A stretch of 64,000 bases of DNA, taken from contig JAJZXK010000002.1 of NCBI GenBank assembly GCA_021806565.1, positions 17,575-81,574 of the forward strand, read 5' to 3'. Made by a program: the position numbers and the translations under genes. Source of the DNA: Bacillota bacterium (GTDB lineage Bacteria; Bacillota; Sulfobacillia; RBS10-35; JAJYVN01). Below are positions 19,610 to 29,343 of the stretch, piece by piece. The notes under the pieces are model-generated. The model was not told where the DNA came from. It did not search any database and saw only the letters and a list, made by a program, of their open reading frames with translations. How positions within the stretch are numbered: position 1 is the stretch's first letter; the number at the start of each line of letters is the position of its first letter.

Positions 19610-20623
19610 CTACCAGTCGACGCTGGCGGGGGCGTTGGTGGCCACGGAGCGGTAGACGGCTTCGGTGAAGGCGGCGACGGCCAGGCCGTCCTCGGCGGTC
19701 GCCTGGGGGGTCTCCTCACCGAGCAGGCAGCGGATGAAGTTGGCGTCCTTGTTGCTGGGGTAGTCGGCGCTTTCCTGCGCCGGTACCTCGTGGCCCGCTC
19801 CGTCCGGGGTGTAGAGGGTGATGCGCAGCTTGCGCTCCATGCCGTCGATGCGCACCCGGCCGTCGCGGCACCAGAACTGCATGCCCTCGTCCATGCCGCG
19901 CACGGAGTCGCCGATGATCGCCATGGTGCCCACCCCGGCATCGGGGAAGCGGAACGCGATGGCCGAGATGCGGTCGACCTTGATACCGCGGTTTTCCTGG
20001 AAGGCGAAGACCTCGGTCGGCCGGACGCCGCTGGCCCACAGCATCATGTCGCACAGGTGGCTGCCGGAGTCGTTGAGCTGGCCGCCCCCGGACAGTTCGG
20101 GCACGCCGCGCCAGCCGCCGCCGCCCCAGTTCTGGCACTGCCAGGTCTCCACGAAGTGCACCGGGCCGAAGCGGCCGCCGGCGACGTTCTCGTGCACCCA
20201 GCGCCACGCGCCCTGATAGTGGCGCTGATAGCCGACGGTCAGCACCAGCCCGGTGCGCTCGCGCAGGGCGATCAGCTTGCGCGCGTCGCCCGGCGTGCAG
20301 GTCAGCGGCTTTTCCACCTGGGCCGACACCCCGTGCTCCAGGGCGTAGGCGGCCGCCTCATAGTGCAGCGTGTGGGGGATGGAGATCACGACCCCGTCGG
20401 GACGCGCCTTTTCGATCAACTCGCGGTAGTCGGTGAACGTCGGCACTGAGGCGGCCTCCGGCAGCCTGGCGGCGGCGTCCGCCAGGGCCTGCGCGCTGGT
20501 GTCGCAGATGCCGACCAGTTCGGCCTTGGGGTCCTGGAGAACGTCGCGCATGTGGGAGCGCGCGTTGCCGCCGGCGCCGATGAACGCGATCCGGGCCCTG
20601 GAACCGGTGACCGGAACGGACAT
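19610..20623 (-). CDS. Gfo/Idh/MocA family oxidoreductase
   Basis: RIAFIGAGGNARSHM...VVISIPHTLHYEAAAYALEHGVSAQVEKPL carries the family motifs. Confidence 0.85.
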   Translation of the reverse strand: MSVPVTGSRARIAFIGAGGNARSHMRDVLQDPKAELVGICDTSAQALADAAARLPEAASVPTFTDYRELIEKARPDGVVISIPHTLHYEAAAYALEHGVSAQVEKPLTCTPGDARKLIALRERTGLVLTVGYQRHYQGAWRWVHENVAGGRFGPVHFVETWQCQNWGGGGWRGVPELSGGGQLNDSGSHLCDMMLWASGVRPTEVFAFQENRGIKVDRISAIAFRFPDAGVGTMAIIGDSVRGMDEGMQFWCRDGRVRIDGMERKLRITLYTPDGAGHEVPAQESADYPSNKDANFIRCLLGEETPQATAEDGLAVAAFTEAVYRSVATNAPASVDW

Positions 20624-20716
20624 GTCGGTGTTCCTCCTTGCGGGGCGGATGCGTTCGCGATGCAGCGGCGGCGGTCCTGCGGTTCACCGCGCCAATCGGC
20701 GCCAGGTGTGGGCGGT

Positions 20717-22918
20717 TCAGGAAAGCCGGTGCAGCGAGATCCTCTGGATGTAAAGGGGTTCAAGCGGGTCGCGCACGAGCAGGCGGATGCGGGCGCCCGC
20801 CGAAAGGCGCAGGCCCGGCAGCGGCAGGCGGGCGTCCATCCAGGCGTTCGTACCGGGGCTCGTGACGGCGGGGCCTGGCGTGAAGGTGCTGGACCCTCGC
20901 GGTGCCCACAGCACCCGGAACCCCTGGCCCGGTTCGGCCAGGTAGGTCACGTCCAGCCGCAGGCCGCGCACGCCCGCCAGCGGGCTCGATCCGCCGAGCC
21001 GCACGGTGACGCTGGGCCGGCCCCCGCCGCCGCCGTCGCCGCGCGGCGGGTAGACGGCGGGTTGCTGCAGTAGCTGCGCCTGGCGCAGCGTCCCCGTGAA
21101 GCTCAGGCCGAACCCCGGGGCCCCGGCCGTGATCGCGGCGACCGTCGAGGCCGGGGCCGTCCCCGATCCGGACCCCGCCGCCGCCGGTGCCGCACCAGGC
21201 AGCAGGCGCAGCAGGCGGAAGCCGCCGCGGGGCAGTTGCAGTTGGAAGCGCAGCCCGCCCGGTACGGGCCCGGCGGCGATCGGGGCGCCGCTTGCGGCGT
21301 CGACGATGTGGTAGGTGCCGGCCGGCAGGCCCAGCCCGGCATAGTCGAGCGTGGCCGGACCGCTGTAGGCCAGCGGCCCCATGCCGGCCAGGGAGATCCA
21401 GGCGGTGCGCCGCCCGCGCTCGACGGTCGGGACCGCCTCGACGGTGGACAGGGAGGGGCCGAAGCGGATGTACGCCGGGGCATACCGCGCCAGGGAACTG
21501 CCGTGCGCCAGCACGTGCCCACCGTGCGCGGCGTAGGCCCGGATGGCCGGGTCGCCGCGGCCGTTGAGGGGGTAGACCGCGCGGAAGTGCGCCAGCGAGA
21601 CCACGTGCGCCGCCAGTTCGCGGTCGGTCACCACAGTGAAGGCGATGGGGTCCTGCCGCCAGAGGTTGCCCAGGCGCGCGTTCATACCGGCCAGCGCCGC
21701 GGGGTCGCGCAGGGCGGCCTGATACGAGATGTAGACGGCGACAGGCTGCAGCGGGTAGACGCCGCGCCGGGCCGCAAGGGGCGCCAGCCAGCGGCGGAAG
21801 ACGGGGAAGCCGATCTGGAACTCCCTTCCGCCCTGATATAGGAAGAAGTCGGCCCCGACCTCGTTGGGGGCGCCGAAGCCGGTGTGCCCGAGCCACTGCG
21901 CGATCTCGGGCTGCAGCCCGCTGGGCCGCGGGGTCCACTCCTCAAACAGCGGTACCCCGTAGGCCCGGGCCAGGCTGCCGAACAGTAGCGCGAGCCCGGT
22001 GTGGTCCGCGTCGTCCAGGACCACCGTGACGTGGTAGGTGCGGGCCAACTGGAAGAAGGTGTCAGGCAGGTTCCAGAACTGGCCGGCGTTGCCGAAGCCG
22101 CCCCCCCAGTAGTAGTAGAGCGGGGCCCGCGTTTCGCGCCGGACCAGGGCGGTGAGGCGGCCGTAGGTCTCCCGCACGCTCCAGGCGCGGAAGGTCTGGT
22201 AGACCGAAAAGAGCGGCTGGCCGGGCACGGCCGCCGGCACGGCGCCAAAGGAGGAAAAGTGCGTCCGAAACGAGCGGTTGAAGTGGGCCAGCGAACCGTA
22301 CCGGCTGGGCAGCCATTGGTGGAAGCGGGCGATGTCCGCGGCGGCGTAGCCGTTGAGCGCCGAGCCCTTCCCCGGGGGCAGCCCCCACATCGCGTCGAGC
22401 CAGCCGTAATCCAGGAAGGCGCCGCCGAAACCGGGCCGGTGGTCGATGTGGGCGATGGTGCGCGTGACATAGGTGAAGTAGTCGGCTCGGGCCCGCGGAT
22501 CCCACCAGGCCGGCACCGGGCTGCGCTGCCCGCTACTGGTGCGCTCGTGGGCCGGGATCCAGGCGGGAGGGTTTCCGCCCCATACCGACTGCCAGAAGAT
22601 CGGGATCAGCTTCACCCCGGCGGCGTTGGCGGCGGCCAGCGTCTGATCCAGGGTGTGCCAGTCGAAGTGGCCGCGGGACGGCTCCAGTTGGGCCCACGCC
22701 AGATTGAGCTCCGCGTGGCGGATGCCCTCCTGGCGCAGGCGGCGGAAGGTGGCCCGGCCCCAGGGGGCGCCGTGGTCGGTCCAGTTCAGTTGGACCGCCC
22801 AGAGCGGGTGGCCCTGCGGGCGGATGACGGCGCGGCCGCAGGCGCCCAGCGGGGCCCCCGCCAGGACCCCGGCGAGCAGGCAGGCGCAAAAGCGCCGCAG
22901 CGGGCCAGGCGCGTACAC
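20717..22918 (-). CDS. Secreted glycoside-hydrolase-like protein (TIM-barrel beta-galactosidase/GH42-like N-terminal domain plus C-terminal beta-rich domains)
   Basis: An N-terminal signal-like segment is followed by ...AELNLAWAQLEPSRGHFDWHTLDQTLAAANAAGVKLIPIFW..., a GH42/GH35-like motif. The protein is long with a Pro/Gly-rich linker. The exact family cannot be assigned by eye. Confidence 0.45.
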   Translation of the reverse strand: MYAPGPLRRFCACLLAGVLAGAPLGACGRAVIRPQGHPLWAVQLNWTDHGAPWGRATFRRLRQEGIRHAELNLAWAQLEPSRGHFDWHTLDQTLAAANAAGVKLIPIFWQSVWGGNPPAWIPAHERTSSGQRSPVPAWWDPRARADYFTYVTRTIAHIDHRPGFGGAFLDYGWLDAMWGLPPGKGSALNGYAAADIARFHQWLPSRYGSLAHFNRSFRTHFSSFGAVPAAVPGQPLFSVYQTFRAWSVRETYGRLTALVRRETRAPLYYYWGGGFGNAGQFWNLPDTFFQLARTYHVTVVLDDADHTGLALLFGSLARAYGVPLFEEWTPRPSGLQPEIAQWLGHTGFGAPNEVGADFFLYQGGREFQIGFPVFRRWLAPLAARRGVYPLQPVAVYISYQAALRDPAALAGMNARLGNLWRQDPIAFTVVTDRELAAHVVSLAHFRAVYPLNGRGDPAIRAYAAHGGHVLAHGSSLARYAPAYIRFGPSLSTVEAVPTVERGRRTAWISLAGMGPLAYSGPATLDYAGLGLPAGTYHIVDAASGAPIAAGPVPGGLRFQLQLPRGGFRLLRLLPGAAPAAAGSGSGTAPASTVAAITAGAPGFGLSFTGTLRQAQLLQQPAVYPPRGDGGGGGRPSVTVRLGGSSPLAGVRGLRLDVTYLAEPGQGFRVLWAPRGSSTFTPGPAVTSPGTNAWMDARLPLPGLRLSAGARIRLLVRDPLEPLYIQRISLHRLS

Positions 22919-23127
22919 GGCCGTCCACCTCGCAACCCCTGTGGGTCTGCCCTGCGCCCCTTCGGCCGGCGCGCCCGGATTCCTCTCCGGGCGTCGACAG
23001 GACCCGGGCCCGCTGGTGCGAACGTCCGGCTGTCGCGGATCCGCCGTGCGGCGGTCCGGCGGCGCCCCGGCCCGGTCTTCAGGGTCTTCGGCGTTCTTAC
23101 GGTCTCACATGTCTTTGGCAGGCAGGA

Positions 23128-24039
23128 GTGGGTGCGATGCCGCGGTTGGCCGCGTTCCCCAAGTGCTACATGGACCAACTCTGCGTCGAGCGCAGCATGA
23201 CCCTCTTTGAGTGGATCGACATCGCCTCCACGCTGGGTGTGGAGGGACTGGAACTCTATCCGGGGTTCTTCGCCAGCCTGGAGCCGGACTACCTGGCCCA
23301 GGTGCGCGGCCGCCTGCGCCACCACGGCCTGGTCGTCCCCATGTACTGCTACTCCCCGGACTTCACGCGGCTCGACGCCGAAGGCCGCGCCGCGGAGGTG
23401 GCGGGCGTGTGCCGCGCCATCGACCTGTTGGCCTCGTTTGAATCGCCGTCGCCGCGCACCTGCCGCGTCCTTTCCGGCCAGCGGCGCCCGGAGGTGCCGC
23501 TGGACCAGGGGCTGCAGTGGGCGCGCGAGGGCATCCTGGCCTGCCTGGAGCACGCCGAGCGCCGTGGCGTCGTGCTGGCGATCGAAAACCACTACAAGGA
23601 CAACTACTGGCGCTACCCGGAGTTGGCCCAGCACCTGGACGCATTCGCGCGGCTGGCGCTGTCCATCGATTCGCCGTGGTTTGGCGTCAACTACGACCCG
23701 AGCAACGCCATCCTGGCCGGCGACGACCCGCTGGAGGTGCTGGCCGCCGTCCGCCACCGCGTCGTCAGCATGCACGCCAGCGACCGCTACATCCTCCCCG
23801 GCCATTCGCTGGAGGAGCTGCGCGGTATCGAAGACAGCGTCGGCTATGCGGCGATCCTGCGCCACGGCGAGGTGGGCTGCGGTATGAACGACTACGAAGC
23901 GATCTTCACCCAGCTGGCCGCGGTCGGTTTCGACGGCTGGATCTCCCTGGAGGACGGCATGAACGGCGTCGAGGAGATGCGGCGCTCGCTGGACTTCCTG
24001 CGGACCATGGTGGCGCGCCACTTCCCTGCCCGCCCCTGA
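23128..24039 (+). CDS. Sugar phosphate isomerase/epimerase (xylose-isomerase-like TIM barrel)
   Basis: ...GVEGLELYPGFF...VLAIENHYKDNYWRY...GVNYDPSNAILAGDDPLEVL...GWISLED is typical of the AP-endonuclease-2 / TIM-barrel family. Confidence 0.75.
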   Translation: MGAMPRLAAFPKCYMDQLCVERSMTLFEWIDIASTLGVEGLELYPGFFASLEPDYLAQVRGRLRHHGLVVPMYCYSPDFTRLDAEGRAAEVAGVCRAIDLLASFESPSPRTCRVLSGQRRPEVPLDQGLQWAREGILACLEHAERRGVVLAIENHYKDNYWRYPELAQHLDAFARLALSIDSPWFGVNYDPSNAILAGDDPLEVLAAVRHRVVSMHASDRYILPGHSLEELRGIEDSVGYAAILRHGEVGCGMNDYEAIFTQLAAVGFDGWISLEDGMNGVEEMRRSLDFLRTMVARHFPARP

Positions 24040-24155
24040 GCCGGCGCGGGGCGGCGTTTGGGGAAGAGCCCCCTGGGCTATGCCCTTGCAGGAAGCGCCC
24101 CCGGCGGGAACGAACGCACGGGCGCGCGGTATGGCGCGAAGGGTGGAGCGTCCAG

Positions 24156-25412
24156 GTGCAGGAGTTCGAGCGGGCCGATCCAGAGCTTTACGAACTGGTC
24201 CGGCGGGAGGAGCGCTACCAGCGTGACTCGCTGCGGCTGATCCCGTCGGAGAATTACGTCTCCAAGGCCGTGCTCGAGGCCACCGGCACGGTGTTGACCA
24301 ACAAGTATTCAGAGGGGTATCCGGGCCGGCGGTACTACGAGGGCCAGCGGTACATCGACCGCGTGGAGACGCTGGTGGTCGAGCGCGCCAAGGCCCTGTT
24401 CGGCGCCGAGCACGCCAACGTCCAGCCGTATTCCGGCTCGCCGGCCAACCTTGCCGTCTACATGGCGCTGCTCAAGCCGGGCGACACCATCATGGGCATG
24501 GCCCTGCCGCACGGTGGCCACCTGACCCATGGCTGGAACGTCAGCGCCACCGGGATCTTCTGGCGCTCGGTGCAGTATGGCGTGGACCGCGAGACGCAGC
24601 GGATCGACTACGACGCCGTCGCGGAGCTCGCGCGGCGCGAACGGCCCCAGATCATGGTCGCCGGGGCCACGGCCTACCCGCGGCAATTCGACTTCGCGGC
24701 CTTCGGCCAGATCGCCCGCGAGGTCGGCGCCTACTTCCTGGCCGACATCTCGCACATCGCCGGCCTGGTGGTGGCCGGGGCGCATCCGAGCCCGCTGCCG
24801 CACGCCGACGTCGTCATGACCACGACGCACAAGACCCTGCGCGGACCGCGGGGCGCGATGATCCTCTGCCGCAAGGACCTGGCCGAGCGCATCGACCGCG
24901 CCGTCTTCCCCGGCCTGCAGGGCGGGCCGCACAACAGCACGACCGCGGCGATCGGTGTCGCGCTTGCCGAGGCGGCGACGGAGGACTTCCGCCGTTACGG
25001 CCGGCAGGTGGTGGAAAACGCGCGCATCCTGGCCGAGGCGCTGATGGCGCGCGGCTTCGACCTGGTTTCCGGCGGGACGGACAACCACCTCATCCTGATC
25101 GACCTCACCAACCGCGGGGTTATCGGCAAGAAGGCGGCCAAGGCGCTGGACCGCGCAGGCCTCATCTGCAACTACAACACCGTTCCCTACGATCCGCGCA
25201 AACCGTTCAGCCCCAGCGGCATTCGGTTGGGCACCCCCGCCGTCACCTCCCGTGGCATGGGGCCGCAGGAGATGCGGCGCATCGCCGAGTGGATCGACGC
25301 CGTGGTGGCGCAGCCCGACGACGAAGCGGTCCAGGAACGGGTCCGCGCGGAGGTGCGCTCGATGTGCCGCCGTTTTCCGGTACCGGGCCTGCCCGCGGGG
25401 GACGACGCCTGA
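24156..25412 (+). CDS. glyA: Serine hydroxymethyltransferase
   Basis: LIPSENYVSKAVLEATGTVLTNKYSEGYPGRRYYEG...TTTHKTLRGPRGAMI includes the PLP lysine motif. A GTG start at 24156 follows AAGGGTGGAG. Confidence 0.9.
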   Translation: MQEFERADPELYELVRREERYQRDSLRLIPSENYVSKAVLEATGTVLTNKYSEGYPGRRYYEGQRYIDRVETLVVERAKALFGAEHANVQPYSGSPANLAVYMALLKPGDTIMGMALPHGGHLTHGWNVSATGIFWRSVQYGVDRETQRIDYDAVAELARRERPQIMVAGATAYPRQFDFAAFGQIAREVGAYFLADISHIAGLVVAGAHPSPLPHADVVMTTTHKTLRGPRGAMILCRKDLAERIDRAVFPGLQGGPHNSTTAAIGVALAEAATEDFRRYGRQVVENARILAEALMARGFDLVSGGTDNHLILIDLTNRGVIGKKAAKALDRAGLICNYNTVPYDPRKPFSPSGIRLGTPAVTSRGMGPQEMRRIAEWIDAVVAQPDDEAVQERVRAEVRSMCRRFPVPGLPAGDDA

Positions 25413-25456
25413 ACGCCCGGGGGGCGGGGGGTGGCGGGCCCGCGCCGCTCCTGCAG

Positions 25457-26434
25457 GTGGCGGGTCTGCGCGTCGGCCTGCCCGGGGCCGCGGGCCTGGC
25501 CGTCGCCGGCCTTGACCTGCACGTGGCGGCCGGCGAGGCCGTGGCCGTGGTCGGAGCCAGCGGCAGCGGTAAGTCCACCACCGCCCTGGCCCTGGCGCGC
25601 CTGCTGCCCGCCGCGGCGGTGGTCACGGCGGACCGCCTGCGCTTGGGCGGCCTAGACCTGCTGTCCCTGGACGAGCGGGGCATGGCGGCGGTCCGCGGCC
25701 GCCGCATCGCCATTGCCTTTCAGGACGGTGCCGGGGCGCTGCATCCGACGCGCACCATCGGCGACCAGGTGGCCGAGGCGGTCCTGCGACGCCGGGCGGT
25801 GGGTTGGCGCGCCGCCCGCGCCGCCGCCGTGGAGGCTCTGGCCGCCGTGGGCCTGCCCGGCGCCGGCGAGCGCGCCCGGGCCTACCCCCACGAACTCTCC
25901 GGCGGCGGCTGCCAGCGGGTGATGCTGGCCATCGCCTTGGCGCTGCAACCCGACCTGCTGGTCGCCGACGAGCCGACCGCGTCCCTGGACCCCACCGGCG
26001 CGGCGCGGGTGCTGGACCGGCTGGAAGCGGAGCAGGTGGGACGGGGCATGGCGGTCCTGCTCCTGACCCACGACCTGGGTGTCGCGGCGGGCTTTGCGCG
26101 GCGCCTGGCGGTGATGCACGCCGGGCGGGTCGTGGAGGCCGGACCGGTGGCCGCGGTCTTCGCCCAGCCCCGCCATCCCTACACCGCCCGCCTGCTGGCC
26201 GCCGCCCCGCGCCTGCAGGGCCCGCCCGTCCCCGCGGTCTTGGAGCCCGACCCGCCGCCGCCGCCGCACGGTTGTGCCTATGCCGCGGCCTGTCCCTTCG
26301 CCGACGCGCACTGCCAGGCGGAGGTCCCGCCACTGCTGCGGCTGTTGGAGGACGCTGCCGCCGACGGGCGCCAGGTGGCGTGCTGGCACCAGGACCGGAT
26401 CGCCCCCGTGGGGGGGACCCGGCATGGGGGATGA
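25457..26434 (+). CDS. Opp/Dpp-type ABC transporter ATP-binding protein (OppD-like); the start is uncertain and may lie upstream, overlapping glyA
   Basis: LLQVAGLRVGLPG...GASGSGKST...LSGGGCQRVMLAIAL...LVADEPTASLD...QPRHPYTARLL. A C-terminal Cys cluster is typical of the OppD/F family. Confidence 0.75.
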   Translation: MAGLRVGLPGAAGLAVAGLDLHVAAGEAVAVVGASGSGKSTTALALARLLPAAAVVTADRLRLGGLDLLSLDERGMAAVRGRRIAIAFQDGAGALHPTRTIGDQVAEAVLRRRAVGWRAARAAAVEALAAVGLPGAGERARAYPHELSGGGCQRVMLAIALALQPDLLVADEPTASLDPTGAARVLDRLEAEQVGRGMAVLLLTHDLGVAAGFARRLAVMHAGRVVEAGPVAAVFAQPRHPYTARLLAAAPRLQGPPVPAVLEPDPPPPPHGCAYAAACPFADAHCQAEVPPLLRLLEDAAADGRQVACWHQDRIAPVGGTRHGG

Positions 26435-27422
26435 CGGGCCGCGGCCCCTGCTGGAGGCGGTTGGACTGCGGCGGGCCTTTGCCGGCAACCGCCGCGGGCA
26501 ACGGCGTTGGGCCGTCGACGGGGTGTCCCTGGCGCTGCATGCGGCGGAGACGGTCGGCCTCGTGGGCGAAAGTGGCTGCGGCAAGACGACCCTGGCCCTG
26601 ATGCTGCTGCGCCTGCTCACGCCGGACGCCGGGGCGCTGCGCTTCGACGGAGCGGACGCCCTGGCGCTGCGCGGCTCGGATCTGCGCCGTTTCCGGTGCC
26701 AGGTGCAGATCGTGCTGCAGCAGGCCCAGGCATCCCTCGATCCGGCCATGCGCATCCGGGACGTGCTGGCCGAGCCGCTGATGCTCCACGGGCTTGTCCC
26801 TGGCCCGCGGCGCGAGGAGGCGGTCCGCGCCGCGCTGCGGGGGGTGGGCCTCCCGGCCGAAATGGCCGGGCGCCACCCGCACGAGCTCTCCGGGGGGGAG
26901 GCGCAGCGCGTCGCCCTGGCGCGCGCCCTGGTGCCGCACCCCCGGCTCCTGGTCTGCGACGAGCCGACGACCGGTCTTGACGCCCTGGCGCGCCAGCGGA
27001 TACTCGGGCTCCTGGCCGGGCTGCGCACCGAAATCGGCCTGCTCTTGATCTCCCACGACCTGCCGGCGGTGCGCTCGCTCGCCTCCCGCGTGGTGGTGCT
27101 GTATGCGGGGCGCGTCGTCGAGGCCGGCCCGGCGGCGGACGTCTTCGCCCGACCCCGCCACCCCTACACCCGCGCCCTGATCGCCGCGGTCCCGCCGCCG
27201 GATCCCGGCCAGGTGGTCCGGCCCCGGCCCGGCTTGCCGGGCCAACCCCCGGAACCGGGGGAGCGGCCTTGCGGCTGCGCCTTCCAGCCGCGCTGCCCGG
27301 TCGCCGTCGCGGCCTGCCGGGCGCAGCGCCCGGAACTCCGCCCGCTGGGCCCCGGGCACCAGGCGGCCTGCCACCTCGACCCGCCGCCGGGACCGGCGGA
27401 CCCGCATGGCCCGCATGGTTAG
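26424..27422 (+). CDS. Opp/Dpp-type ABC transporter ATP-binding protein (OppF-like)
   Basis: LLEAVGLRRAF...GESGCGKTT...LSGGEAQRVALARAL...LVCDEPTTGLD...RPRHPYTRALI. The ATG at 26424 overlaps the end of the previous gene. Confidence 0.8.
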   Translation: MGDDGPRPLLEAVGLRRAFAGNRRGQRRWAVDGVSLALHAAETVGLVGESGCGKTTLALMLLRLLTPDAGALRFDGADALALRGSDLRRFRCQVQIVLQQAQASLDPAMRIRDVLAEPLMLHGLVPGPRREEAVRAALRGVGLPAEMAGRHPHELSGGEAQRVALARALVPHPRLLVCDEPTTGLDALARQRILGLLAGLRTEIGLLLISHDLPAVRSLASRVVVLYAGRVVEAGPAADVFARPRHPYTRALIAAVPPPDPGQVVRPRPGLPGQPPEPGERPCGCAFQPRCPVAVAACRAQRPELRPLGPGHQAACHLDPPPGPADPHGPHG

Positions 27423-27466
27423 TACGGACGGCGGCGGTATAGGATGCCGCCTGGGGGGGACGACAG

Positions 27467-28144
27467 GTGCTCGACAGCCTCTTTCCGAGCCGAAGCGATG
27501 CGGAGGCCGTGTTGTTCGACGGTCTCACCGCGGAACCGTGGCGCGTCCTGGCGGACCTGGAGGCGCGCTTGCGGCACTGGCTGGAGCAGGCCGGGGTCGA
27601 GGCGGACGGCAGCCTGGCGGCGGGCGCGGACTTTGCCGGCGTGGCCCGCTGCAGCGCGCTACACGTGGGCGAGGGTGCCGTCGTCGAGCCGACGGCGGTG
27701 CTGGTCGGCGGGCCCATCGTCCTGGCCGCCGGGGCGGTCGTGCGGGCCGGCGCCTACATCCGCGGTCCCGCCTACATCGGCGCTGGGGCGGTCGTCGGCC
27801 ACGCCAGCGAGGTCAAAAACAGCGTGCTGCTCGCGAAGGCGCGGGCGCCGCACTTCAACTTCGTCGGCGACAGCGTGCTCGGACACGACTGCAACCTCGG
27901 CGCGGGCACCAAGGTTTCCAACCTGCGCTTTGACGGCCGGGTGGTGCGGTTCCAGTGGGAGGGCCGGTCCGTGGATAGCGGGCTGCGCAAGTTCGGGGCG
28001 CTGGTCGGTGAGCGGGCCCAGACCGGCTGCAACGCCGTGCTGAACCCGGGGACGGTGCTCCTTCCGGGGACGCTGGTCCCGCCCGCCGCAGCCGTCAAGG
28101 GGACCCTGGCACCGCGGGGCCGGCCCACCGGCGGTCCGGCCTGA
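27467..28144 (+). CDS. Hexapeptide-repeat (left-handed beta-helix) transferase-family protein
   Basis: Repeated [LIV]-G-x-x-x-x hexads are present, for example VGEGAVVEPTAVLVGGPIVLAAGAVVRAGAYIRGPAYIGAGAVVGHASEVKNSVL. It resembles the GlmU/RfbA C-terminal LbH domain. Confidence 0.6.
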   Translation: MLDSLFPSRSDAEAVLFDGLTAEPWRVLADLEARLRHWLEQAGVEADGSLAAGADFAGVARCSALHVGEGAVVEPTAVLVGGPIVLAAGAVVRAGAYIRGPAYIGAGAVVGHASEVKNSVLLAKARAPHFNFVGDSVLGHDCNLGAGTKVSNLRFDGRVVRFQWEGRSVDSGLRKFGALVGERAQTGCNAVLNPGTVLLPGTLVPPAAAVKGTLAPRGRPTGGPA

Positions 28145-28199
28145 AGCGGCGCCGCGGCGGACCGCTCCCGCCGGGCAAGGAGCCCGGCGGCGCGCGGAC

Positions 28200-29096
28200 T
28201 CAGCCCGCGCCCTGGTTCTCCCCCTGGGCGAGGTAGCGGCGGACCAGCACCGATTGGTCGAGGTCCCCCTCCCCGAGGGCCAGCCGCTCGCGGAACAACT
28301 CGGCGACGGCGCCGCCCACCGGCAGGGCGGCCGCGAGTTCCTGGGCGGTCCGCATGGCCAGGTCCATATCCTTGAGGCGGTTGCGCAGGCTGAAGCCGGG
28401 GGCGGCGTCGCCGCTACGCATCCGGTCGGCCAGTAGCTGCAGGGAGACGGACTGGGCGCTGCCGGCGGAGAGCACCTCCATCATCCGCTCCAGGGGGACG
28501 CCCCCGCGCAGGCCGAGCCACAGCCCCTCGGCGGCTCCGGCCAGGGCGATGCCGCCGATGAAGTTGTTGACGAGTTTGACGAGCTGGCCCTGGCCGCTCG
28601 GGCCGACATGGACGATCGTCTTACCCACGCAGCGGAGGTATGGGGCCAGGCGCGCGAATCCGTCCTTGGAGCCGCCCACCATGATGGTCAGCGTGCCGGC
28701 GGCCGCGCCCCGGTCGCCACCGGTGACGGGCGCGTCCAGGAACTCCCCCCCGGCCGCCGCGGCCGCTTCCGCCAGCGCCCGCGCCTGGGCGGGCGCGATG
28801 GTGCTGTGGTCCGCGACGAGCTGCCCGGCCCGCAGCGCCCCCAGGATTCCGTGCGGGCCGTGCAGCAGTGCGGCGACCGCGGCGCCGTCGGTGACGCAGA
28901 TGCCCACGATCTCCGCGCCGGCCGCCAGTTCCGCCGGTGTCTGTGCCACCCGGGCGCCCGCGTCGAGAAGGGCCCGGACCTCCGGCCGATCCGCCGTGCG
29001 GTTGTATACGGTGACGCTGTGGCCGCTGCGCAGCAGGTTCGCCGCCATCCGCTGTCCCATGATCCCCAAACCGGCAAAGCCCAAGCGCATACCCAT
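28200..29096 (-). CDS. NAD(P)-dependent 3-hydroxyisobutyrate / tartronate-semialdehyde reductase family (MmsB/GarR-like)
   Basis: MRLGFAGLGIMGQRMAANL is a Rossmann GxGxxG motif. ...MVGGSKDGFARLAPYLRCVGKTIVHVGPSGQGQLVKLVNN is also present. Confidence 0.8.
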   Translation of the reverse strand: MGMRLGFAGLGIMGQRMAANLLRSGHSVTVYNRTADRPEVRALLDAGARVAQTPAELAAGAEIVGICVTDGAAVAALLHGPHGILGALRAGQLVADHSTIAPAQARALAEAAAAAGGEFLDAPVTGGDRGAAAGTLTIMVGGSKDGFARLAPYLRCVGKTIVHVGPSGQGQLVKLVNNFIGGIALAGAAEGLWLGLRGGVPLERMMEVLSAGSAQSVSLQLLADRMRSGDAAPGFSLRNRLKDMDLAMRTAQELAAALPVGGAVAELFRERLALGEGDLDQSVLVRRYLAQGENQGAG

Positions 29097-29343
29097 CCCC
29101 CCGGACCGATGTCTTCAGGTCGCGGCGGGAGGGTCCTGCCGGGCGCGACGCGCGGGACGGTGCCCGCCGACGGTGTCCTGAGTCTGCCCAGGCCGATCAG
29201 GGGGCGTGCGCGGAAACCACGGACAGGAGGCCGCCGCCGCCGCTGTGGCGAATGGTCCCTGCAGCAATAGTGTTCCGCGATCGAAACGCGACCGGGGCGA
29301 GACTGGCCGTGTGCGACCACGGAGAACAGGGGGATGGGCACAC

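Noticed and set aside
25289-25456. In-frame ATG start for the OppD-like gene overlapping 123 bp of glyA.
   Set aside because: So long an overlap is unlikely. The motif alignment LLQVAGLRV matches the usual OppD N-terminus, so a start near 25457, or a non-ATG start just upstream, is preferred. It remains uncertain.
29130-29300. TGTTC-N6-GAAAC-like motif (AGTGTTCCGCGATCGAAACGCG) in the divergent promoter region at 29260-29285, considered as a third SOS box.
   Set aside because: The spacing and half-sites differ from the two GAATGGGAACA-context boxes. It is probably coincidental.
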